A stretch of DNA of 64,000 bases, from the NCBI RefSeq assembly GCF_964355755.1, contig NC_092677.1:21749175-21813174 (forward strand), read 5' to 3'. The DNA comes from Antedon mediterranea. Its lineage: Eukaryota; Animalia; Echinodermata. The notes under the pieces are model-generated. The model was given only the letters and a program-made list of their open reading frames with translations, ran no database searches and was not told the origin of the DNA. The translations under genes were made by a program, and so were the position numbers. Below, in pieces: positions 53,911-64,000 of the stretch. Within the stretch, counting starts at the first letter, position 1. The number at the start of each line of letters is the position of its first letter.

Positions 53911-54246
53911 GGCGGTGGCAGGCCGCCGGTCATCTAGCCATTCTAGACGATAAACCCCTTTCGAGAAATGGTATGGTCTTCACGCTTGATTAGAGATCTC
54001 TAACCAAGCGTTACAAGTGTACATTCCTTGTTACAACTACATTTTAAAGTGTACAACTACATTTTAAAAGTGTACAACTACATTTTACAAATGTACAACT
54101 ACGTTTTACAATTACAAACATGCATTTTACAAATACACACACATTTTTAGGTTTACAAATACATTTTGCAATTACACACACACACATTTTAAATGTACAC
54201 ATACATTTTTTCAGCTACACACTTTTGCTGCTTATGGCGCCCCATA
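53911..54246 (-). repeat. Right TIR of the IS3EU element
   Basis: Reverse complement of the left TIR with fewer 21-bp subrepeats. Confidence 0.92.
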
Positions 54247-56334
54247 CTTATCTGTGATCGATTTTCTTTTAATTTTTAATACATTGTGCCTCAACCAATT
54301 ATGTTACTTATGAATTGCCAAGATTTTCATTTGGATAACGTCATCACGTCTTAAAATTTAAATAACGGTGGTTACGTTATTTCAACTACAAATTTGAATA
54401 CCTTACAGCTCTTCTGAATTAAAGTTAACCTTGATGTTTATAACTTATTATGAGATCTAGTGAAATGTAGATATGTATTCATATAAAAATGAAGCCTATC
54501 GGATGTTGTGACGTTATCATATGGCCAGTTGAAGTTAAAAAGTCATTTTTTCATCTCTTTCGTCAAAGTTATACAAATTTTAAAGAGCGCGCACCGCGCT
54601 TCTACGTGCCAAATTTTCTTCCAATTGTTATATTTTATTGCTCAATTCATTATCTTTCGATACTGTTCTCTTCAAGTTTATTTTGACAACGTCATCATAC
54701 AAAAAAATTAGAACATGATGTGGGTCCCGTAAATTCACCTATGCTACACTGTATATAGATATACACAGTACAGTATATACAGTACATATTGTATATGGCA
54801 TATAATAGGCACAACTGAGCACTATAAGCGTATGCATCATATAATAGGATGGCATACATCAACATTTTCCGATCGTATGTTAACATACGTGCATGTTTAA
54901 AAAATATGAATGTCAATAAAATGATAAAAATGATCACCTATAATTCGTCAAAGTGACGAATTAAATTCTAGTTCTTCTTTCTTTCTGTATGATTTTTGTG
55001 TAACGCTTTTCTCCAAAACTCGCAAACATAACATTTCGGTAATTATCTTAACATTTTGACATTTACGTAACGTCGTCAAGCGAAGCTTTTCATGACGTTT
55101 ACAATTGCGCAACGTGACGTACGCGCGATTTAACGATTTTCTCGTATTTAACATAGCTCGACAACCAAATAACATTTTAAAGTGAAACTTTGCAAAAGTT
55201 TAATTTATATCATGCGCTAAATTTCTGTTGAAAAAAAATTGCGTGTTTTACACAAAGTTACGCGCGCACGCGCATTTAAAATTTCAAAATGCGCAAAATT
55301 AATTTATATTCAACTTTCTACGCGTTTCATGTCGTTTTAAGCATGTCAAAAATTCCCACGCGTGCGCACATTTTTACGTGTGCGGTGCGCACGTAGCATT
55401 GAAAACGTATTTTTTTCGCGTGATTTATGTTTTTCCAGCCTTTTCTAGTAATTATACCAAATTTTAAACAATTTTGACTTAAAGATACGTCATACGAGCA
55501 CGTCGAATTGGACAATTTGCGCGCGTTTTTTATGAAAAGGTTAAAAATTCGTTTAAAATATGCCTTTTTTTAAACAGTCGTAATTTCTAAACTAGACGGT
55601 CAACTTTTTGTGGATGACATATTCTGGAAGTAGATGAGTTGTAGATATCGGATCAGGTATTAATATGGCTAACCGGACATTGTGACGTCATCGTATGGCC
55701 ACGCGAATATAAAATTTAGGATTTTTGTATCTTTCGTCATAGCTCATCACATTGAATAGAGCGCATCTCCACTTATCCGTTTTCCATTTTCACCCCGATT
55801 TTGATATTGTCTAGGTCAATCAACTATCTTTCGCATGAGTGAAAAATATTTTAATTTTTATGACGTCATCATGCCTAAAAATTGAAATCACGTGTGGCAT
55901 CAATTTCATTTTTACTGTAAATTTTAATCTGTTATAGCTCGTAAGAATAAAATGTGATAATCACGATTAAAACTTTTTCTGGAAGCTATTGGATTGTAGA
56001 TACGAAATTATGTAAAAATGTTGCCAATCGGATGTTGTGACGTCATCATATGGCCAGTTAAATAAAAAAGGTCGTATTTTCATCTTTTGCGTCATAATTC
56101 ATTACATTTAAAAGAGCGCGCATCAATATTTCACGTATTCAAATTTCTTCTACACGCTAATACGTTGTTGCTGAGATAATTTCCTTTCGCAATTGCTACC
56201 TTCGCGTTTCATTTTAAAACCGTCAACATGTTAAAAATTGCAATAAATAGCGGGTCCCGTAATTTCACCTATTCTACACTGTATGTGATATGGATACAGA
56301 TTATACTGTGTATACTATATATGAATTTAAATAA

Positions 56335-58873
56335 CTAGATGGCACGCTCGCTTCGCTCGCGTACCATCTAGGGGTGCTCACAGATGGTTCTCGAATACAG
56401 TAGAATCCACGGACGGGGACTTTTTTGGGACACTAAACAAAAACGGAAGTGTCCCCCTAATTGGGGTATTCAGAAATAGAGACAACAAAACCAATACTGG
56501 ATTCCATAAAGGACAATTAATTTATGTGGATTAAAGAAATTAGGGAGAAATGGAAATGTATGTACGGGAATTGGGCGGCGGCACGTGGTTGTGGTGATGG
56601 AACCGCAGTAATAAAGTTGATTGTATTTATATATTATAAGAACCAAACTAAATAAATAGACCTAGACATTCTGCGAAATGGAAATCGGAAATTCAAGCTC
56701 CTATTCAGTGAAAAATTAAACTGTAGTCTACCTAAATATTTAGGGCAAATCATCGGTTGTGGTGTTGAACTTCCTGTAAACATTTGTGTGAACCAAACTG
56801 GGTCGAATTTCTGTCATGAGTACTGATTTGTTGGCCTGTGATTTATGACGCCTAAGGGATCTATCTAGACTTATTTTTTAGAATAATGTACGTACCTGTC
56901 AGATACAATTGTCTTGTGTCGTATAATAAATAAGTACTGTAATAGTTACTGAAGTTACTATTACAATCTCGTCAATGAAAACACGAAAATGTATATGCAC
57001 TTACTTATGAAAACGTATACAGTATTATACTCAGTTATTGAAACAGTAGGTTTAAAAAAGTTTCGTTTGTCTGTAAAATGATGTAATCAAGCTGTTTACA
57101 TGAGTCTTAATTTATAAGCACATCAATAATAAAATAGTTTATCTATCCTGTAATTGGCGAGATTATGGTCGCTGTTGAATGAAATAAAGCCAATCGGTAT
57201 CATATTTGTACAGAAACGTTTTCGCGGCCGAAGGGTGTAACCTAAATTCGTTGTATTATCGTCAAGAACTAACTGTAACTAAACTTACATAGAAAGTAGG
57301 GTATCATAAATTTGGCCTTAGCACTCGGGGGAGTGGCTGAGATGAAGTCCGTGGGACTACTAAATATAAATTGTAATGAACCTCGAGGGACATAAATAGG
57401 AATATTTCATGTTTCATTATCAATGTATAATAAATGGAAACTGTTTACCGAATAATAGAAATTGGTTTTTTAACATTTTCCGAACCTATTGCAAGTTTAT
57501 TCTCAAAGGGCCCATATATTTACCTACCGTATGTGTTAAACCAAGGGCTCATAAATTTACCTACAGTACTTGTGTTAAACCAAACTGGATGTTCCATTCA
57601 TCGCAAATCAATACATTTGTATAATCGTATATTAAATCTATCAAAATAGTATTTTTTAAAGAAAATCGGCCTGTCTTCAACATTATGATGGTGTACTCTA
57701 GCAATCTATCAAAATAGTATTTTTAAAAGAAAATCGGCCTGTCTTCAACATTATGATGGTGTACTCTAGCTGTTCAACCGGTTTTCAGCTATTAAAAACA
57801 ATTATCGTAGGAGGAGATAGGAAAATGCGAAGCCTCCTCGCTATGTAACATTAGGGTTGAGGGATGGGAAAGCGGATAGGTACAAAGAGGAACAATTTTT
57901 AAATATATTCTTTATCCACTGAGTAACGAAATATTTTGTTCATGTTTTATAGGCCTATAAATAATATACCTCTAAATACAGTAGGCCTAAAACATTTGCG
58001 ATTTAATACTTTGTTAAAACTGTCACTGTCATAATCGATTGAAATATTAAAGTACATGTCACGATACACCACTACGACATTTATATTTTTGGTAATTATT
58101 AATTAATACAAACGTTGAGAAGGAACTGTCAGTATAAAGTTTATTTGTATATCTAACAGTAGAGCCTATCCACAGTCTCAGTAATAAAGTTTATTTGTAT
58201 ATATTTTTATATTACATCTAACAGTACGAACATTCACAGTAAGAAATGTTCGATTCAAATGAAAAATAGTTAATAGGTATTTACAGTATTGTCAAAGTAT
58301 TGCAAGTTTATTCTCAAAGGGCCCATATATTTACCTACCGTATGTGTTAAACCAAGGGCTCATAAATTTACCTACAGTACTTGTGTTAAAACTCTGGCAG
58401 ACTGAGAGATTGGGATGTTCCATTCATCGCAAATCAATACATTTGTATAATCGTATATTAAATCTATCAAAATAGTATTTTTTAAAGAAAATCGGCCTGT
58501 CTTCAACATTATGATGGTGTACTCTAGCTGTTCAACCGGTTTTCAGCTATTAAAAACAATTATCGTAGGAGGAGATAGAAAAATGCGAAGCCTCCTCGCA
58601 TTTTTTTGGCGGGTATTTTTCAAGATGGACATCCATTAGACAGTGTATACCACGATCGGAAAACACCCCTATTTGGGGCAAATCTTTGAACCTAATTTCG
58701 TTTTAATCGTCAATAACTAATTATCTAACTCAATTTAATTAGTAAACAGGGTTACATCAGGCGGTTAAAATCAGTACCGAAAGTACGAACCAACTTTACA
58801 TACCATCGAGTGAAAATTCTAGAAGTAAGGCGCGATTTACCGAATTTTGCCCTTACGTAAATTTATATATAGA
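56335..58873 (-). mobile_element. Non-autonomous canonical Helitron (2,539 bp)
   Basis: Minus strand starts TCTATATATAAA at 58873 and ends with hairpin CTAGATGGTACGCGAGCGAAGCGAGCGTGCCATCTAG. Inserted between A and T of a HINE body, no TSD. Internal duplication ~57488-57840 / 58298-58598. Confidence 0.85.
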
Positions 58874-61092
58874 TAAAATTCAGCAATAACAACATATCAT
58901 ATTCTTCAGTTCAGGTCATAATGCCAACGTGAACACTTCCTTTTGTCCTCAACCTATCCCCTTAATGTTAATGTTGCACCACTTGCGCGGCGGATAACCA
59001 AACTCGTCAAAGTGACGAGTTACATGTCTAGTTCTTCTTCTTTCTGTACACTTTTGTTTAACAAATATCTCAAAAAGTTGAATAACAATGATCACAAAAA
59101 TTTCACAATTCTTTCAAATACTTTAACTTTAGCCATAATAAGCTTTTCAGCGTGATCACTCAACCGTGACGTCACGTATACGCGATTTTGTGGAATCACA
59201 CTATCAATCATATCTCCCTAACTCTTTATCACATATCAATCAAATTCACTATACCTAAACTTCAGGTGAATGGTAAAAATATCAACAAATAAAAACTTGC
59301 GCGTTTCAAGGTCATGCGCATGAAATCGCGCGTTAAAAATTTAAAAAGCTCAAAATTAAGTTTTGATCAACTTAGAGCATGAATTAGGCCATTTGCGTGT
59401 TTCAAAAAATTACTGCGCAAAAACACGTTTTTGCGTACGCGATTCTTAAAAGGCGTAAAAAATGAAATTTGATGTATAAATCACATTCTACTCACAATTC
59501 TTAGTACATTCACCGATCTTGAGTCCATTCCGACTTAAAATAACGGTATACGAGCACATTAAAAATGACAAAATGCGCACATTAATTTCACAAAAGTTCT
59601 GAAAATGGTGAAATACTGTATATGTCTTTTTTAAAATGAAAATAACTCTTCAGAATGCACGATGACCCCTAAGTTTTTTAACTTATTCGGGAAGCCATTG
59701 AGTTGTAGATATAAATGTATATACACATTAGACGTACCAAATGGTATTACGTCATCAAATGGCCACTTGAAATTAAAAATTAGGATTTGTTTCCGTTTTG
59801 TGTAGGTTATCACATTCAATAGAGCGCATCTCCACTATTTGAGCTCGATTTTCGCACAAATTTCAGTGTGTGCTTGCTTAATTATTATCTTTCTCATAAG
59901 TTTTCAGTGTTTTCATTTTGATGACATCATCACGCGTAAAAACTTGAATAACGTAGGTCGTGTAATCTCACCTTCGCTGTAAATTTGAATATCTTACAGC
60001 TCTTATCTTATCAAGGTTATCTTGATGATTATAATTTATTATGAAAGCTGATGAAATGTAGATATGAATTCATAAAAACCAAGCCTATCGGATGTTGTGA
60101 CGTTAACATATGGCCAGATGAATTTAAAAAGTAGTTTTTTCATCTTTTTCGTCAAAGTTATAAAAATTTCTAAGAGCGCGCACAGCGCTTCTACGTGCCA
60201 GATTCTCTTCCAATTCTTATATTTATTTGCTCAATTCATTATCTTTCGAAATTGTCATCTTTGAGTTTATTTTGATAATTCCATCATACCAAAAAATTAG
60301 AACATCATGTGTGTCCCGTAATTTCACCTATGCTACACTCTATATAGATATACAGTATATACTGTACATATTGTATATGGCATAATAAATAGGCACAACT
60401 CAGCACACTATAAGCGTATGCATCATGTCATAGGATGGCGTACATCAACTTTTTACGATTGTATGTTAACGTACTGTATGCATGTTTAAAAAGTGTTAAT
60501 TTCATTAAAATGATAAAATGATCACCTATAATTCGTCAAAGTGACGAATTAAATTCTAGTTTGATATTATGGTTATGACTTTTCAAAATGAAGAAATAAA
60601 AAATACTCAATTTTTACATGCAGGTATCTTAGTATAAATTAAGACGCTACATTTTGACCATGGAAAAACCATCGTACAGTCAATGGTCATGCATGTTTTT
60701 TAAAGAAGGGGAATCCCCGATAACTTAAACACAAAGCAGCTATGAAGAAACAGCTGCCAGAAGGCGCAGCTCCGATTGGTTTCAGAAATTACGAGTCGCC
60801 TTTTAATCAACAGCACAATGATCATTTTATTGAAGAAATTCTTTTCAACCCTTTTGGTTATAGAACAATCTAATTATCAAGCCTTATATCCTCATATCGG
60901 GTGTTTATTTAATTTTAAATTAAACAACAGTGAAGAGGCACCGAATAATACGTACACGGACGTATGACGAATACACACATGTACATCATCATTAATTTTT
61001 ATGACATAGTTGGTGATATGATGCAATTTTATAATGGATAATGATGGGAGTGCCTTTCCGGGCGATTAATCAAATGTTCATTGTAGTACCTC

Positions 61093-61319
61093 GGCCTAAA
61101 GAACTGCAACAAATCTGCTTAACGTGCACACACACACACTATAGCTGTTCTCTGCTGAATAGTAAGTACATGCTTGAGCATAAACACTATTACCACATCC
61201 CTTTTCTAGTATCTCAGTATTTATTAAGATTGAAGTTAAAGATGATATGAAAGTATTTTAAAATTTTCAAAAAATATTTTGTATGAATCCTTTAACACCT
61301 TGACTGCCAAAACACGAAG
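61093..61319 (+). repeat. Direct repeat of 62802-63027
   Basis: ggcctaaagaactgcaacaaatctgc...ttaacac.ttgactgccaaa near identical in both places. Confidence 0.9.
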
Positions 61320-61604
61320 GTATCAACATATTTTTTTCAGCATTTTAAATCTTGGATTATGTTGTTTCAGTATTTATGGAAATCTCAATGACCGACCGCT
61401 CACCGCTGGTGAGCTGCGCATCCTTTAAGTGCGCGCGACAGTGAAGTAATTACGTCGGGACTTCCTTTCTGTGATGGGAGCGTTGCCGATCGATATACTA
61501 TGACCTGGGACTACTAGGCTAGTAGGCCTACTACCTGGCGGGGCTTCCCCTTTTTATGCCAAATTGAAGAATATCAATTGCGTAATTTTATTTTTAATTA
61601 AACT

Positions 61605-61676
61605 ATGGGGCAACTTTGCGATGGGTCGACTTTGCGTTGGGGCGACTTTGCATTGGGGCGACTTGACTAGCACCCG
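61605..61676 (-). repeat. Inverted counterpart of the 31318-31400 terminus
   Basis: GGGGCGACTTTGC repeats ending GACTTGACT. Confidence 0.55.
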
Positions 61677-62063
61677 CTAGGCCCTACATGTAAGCCTAGT
61701 ATTAATAACCTATGCCCAGCCTAGCAGGGACAGGCCTGGCCTTGGTGGGCGTTGTCTGTTGATCGTTTTTATTTATTTATTTCAACAATATTTGACGGTC
61801 CATCCAGCCGAAACTGTACATTATTAATTAGTATTTTTTTTGGCAACCATTTTGAGTTTGGCAGCCATTTTGAAATTTTTGGTGGCCATTTTGCGATTGG
61901 CGGCATTTAAATTATGATACCATACTGGTGGCAGTCTTCTTGTCTTCTTCGGCAAATTATTATCCGGTATTCATTATGGAGTGTAGTTGGATAAGCTTTT
62001 CTTCAGTTGCATTTGATATTGGTCGTGTTTTAATTTTGTCGGACTATGCACTAAATGCCCACA

Positions 62064-62711
62064 TAAGAATGATGTAGGTTATCATCAACCGTATTTGGCT
62101 ATATGGGGGGTGGGCGGTATGTATATGGATTTCGAATCAAGCAATGATCAAACGGACGTCATTTGGTTTTGAAAAAAAAGTATGTACGTCCTATTATGTT
62201 AAGTACGATCGAGACTGTAATACCAACTGGTGAAATATAATATCCTGACAGGTATTATAGTGTTGCCAAGTTTTTTTGTTAATTATATTATCAAGTCTAG
62301 TCCTAGCCTAGGCCTCATACAAATGGCCTGCTTCGTGATAATGTACCCAAGTACAATCATCACTTTGCTCCGCAATAATGTACCCAAGTACATATCCACA
62401 CGTGTGTCTCCACTCGCCACATCGTTTAAACATAGCGCAAGTGCATCATCTTAGTTAAATCTTAGTAGTTAAAATTTCCAAAAATTCATAATAAAATATT
62501 TTAGAGTGAGTAGCCAATCGCATGAGGCTGAAATTAGTCAACCGGATAATCTTATGCACCAAGAATTCTTGGTGTCAAACCATGTGACTTGTACGTGTTT
62601 TCCCAGATGGAGTTTACAAGCTCAAAAATAGTATACGTATGAAACGGCATATGTGCCAAAATATTTTTCTTTTTACTAATATAAGTCAAAACTCGGTCTG
62701 GAACCCAGACT
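62064..62711 (-). repeat. Inverted copy of repeat 21947-22771
   Basis: Ends GTCTGGAACCCAGACT; shares gcaccaagaattcttggtgtcaaacca and ccgtatttggctatatgggg blocks. Confidence 0.75.
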
Positions 62712-62999
62712 CTAATAAGACTTAAGAGTAATAAACACAAGGAGTCCAATTATAAACTAGTATAATAAACTTTATTCAATGTCCTGTAAAATCTAGGCCT
62801 TGGCCTAAAGAACTGCAACAAATCTGCTTAACGTGCACACACACGCTATAGTTGTTCTCTGCTGAATAGTAAGTACATGCTTGAGCATAAACACTATTAC
62901 CACATCCCTTTTCTAGTATCTCAGTATTTATTAAGATTGAAGTTAAAGATGATATGAAAGTATTTTAAAATTTCAAAAAAAATATTTTGTATGAATCCT

Positions 63000-63095
63000 T
63001 TAACACTTTGACTGCCAAACACGAAGATCTTCGCGTTTGGAAACACAACGCTTGACTGCCAAAACACGAAGATCTTCGTGTTTCGCGTTTTTTTA
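63000..63095 (+). mobile_element. Probable piggyBac-type terminus
   Basis: TTAA followed by CACTTTGACTGCC with repeated TTGACTGCCAAA(A)CACGAAGATCTTCG; the other end is not seen in the window. Confidence 0.45.
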
Positions 63096-64000
63096 CGAAA
63101 TCCGGTAGATAGGTTAATTATTGGTATACTAACTTAACTATAAATATGGACACTATATTCGGTCTGGACCGTCAATAATTTACTATTTGAAAGTAACTAA
63201 TCTGGTTACGAAGGACTGTCAAAATGGTACATGTCAAATCAACATACACCGCGCATCACAGTATCGCATATAGCGATGGCGTATTGTGTATCGGTCGCGC
63301 TAGCTATCCCGCCGAAGCATGCATTACAAAGGTTTTTGTGGATTGGCATGTTTGTTTGTTATCTGAATAAAAAATAATGGAGTCATTTTCAATATGAATT
63401 CTTTAATGTTGTTATTGTACTGTATGTATACCCTAATTGTTTTGGTGTTTCATTGAAAGTTACCGAGTTTCACGCAGCAAACTTGAAATGGTATGGATAT
63501 TATCAGTTTACTAGGCTAGTAGTACTAGGCTAGTCTACGGCCTAGTCGTAAAATGGTTCCGGACCAACTTTAGGCCTGGTTAACTAGGCCTGGGGCCGAT
63601 TGCAATAAAGGTCTTAACCGCGGTCTTAGACTTAAGCCCAAGATGAAACCCTTAGCAACGATGGTCTTAGATTTAAGACCATTGCAATAAGAGGTATTGA
63701 ACTATATAAGACATGTGCATTATTATTTTTGTCTACCAATTGTTTCAATAGATAAAATCTGTATAGGCCCACACCTACCTGACGATCAATTACTATTAGC
63801 GGTCCACAACCGCACCAACAAGCTGTACGCATATTCTCCATACACGGCCTAGCGCTACACTATTTTGACCAAGAAAAGACTACATTGAGTAGCATATTTA
63901 AAATTTATTTTTTTGAAGTATTTGGTTTTAAACTTTAAGCATGTATTAATTAACCAATATTTACTATCAAATTACATACAATTTTCTTGCCAATATTTTA

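Larger units (their letters stand above)
42075..54246. mobile_element. IS3EU-type DNA transposon, 12,172 bp, structurally complete
   Basis: Termini TATGGGGCGCCATAAGCAGC.../...GCTGCTTATGGCGCCCCATA; exact TSD CTTATC at 42069-42074 and 54247-54252; host HINE body resumes after it; IS3/IS481-like integrase gene inside. Confidence 0.88.
31671..60561 (+). mobile_element. Nested cluster of HINE elements (families F2 and F3): 8 heads, 9 tails
   Basis: Palindromic heads at ~31671, 31732, 31779, 31851, 37981, 38054, 38120, 41219. Tails (subTIR + hairpin TCGTCAAAGTGACGA + CTAGTT) with CTAG ending at 33430, 34965, 36477, 37980, 39701, 41215, 54971, 59031, 60559. Bodies are ~1.5 kb and related. Confidence 0.85.

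Noticed and set aside
60620-60865. Coding-looking fragment (KKQLPEGAAPIGFRNYESPF..)
   Set aside because: Interrupted frames and no recognisable family.
63592-63841. Small inverted-repeat element and a minus-strand 69-aa ORF with a CAG|GTAGGT donor
   Set aside because: No homology recognised and too near the window edge to evaluate.

Overview
AT-rich animal genomic DNA (spliceosomal introns, no operons; a marine invertebrate such as an echinoderm is my inference) made almost entirely of repeats and nested transposons. I found no intact host CDS. 1-20.7 kb is a ~260-bp tandem satellite (roughly 60 units by eye). Each unit carries a minus-strand tRNA-derived Pol III-type cassette (A box, B box, oligo-T). 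The array is interrupted by non-autonomous Helentron-type (HINE/DINE-1-like) elements, one carrying tandem tRNA-Val copies. It ends at a duplicated, divergently oriented, tRNA-headed structured RNA gene. 21.9-31 kb holds a putative first exon, a foldback element and a decayed Academ transposon with a Rex1-type LINE fragment. 31.7-60.6 kb is a ~29-kb nest of HINEs. Inside it are a non-autonomous Helitron and a 12,172-bp IS3EU-type DNA transposon (42075-54246; TATGG termini, >300-bp TIRs, exact 6-bp TSD CTTATC). That element encodes a spliced DDE transposase and a convergent spliced gene with a HECT-like E3-ligase remnant, both now decayed. All calls are by eye, without database searches.
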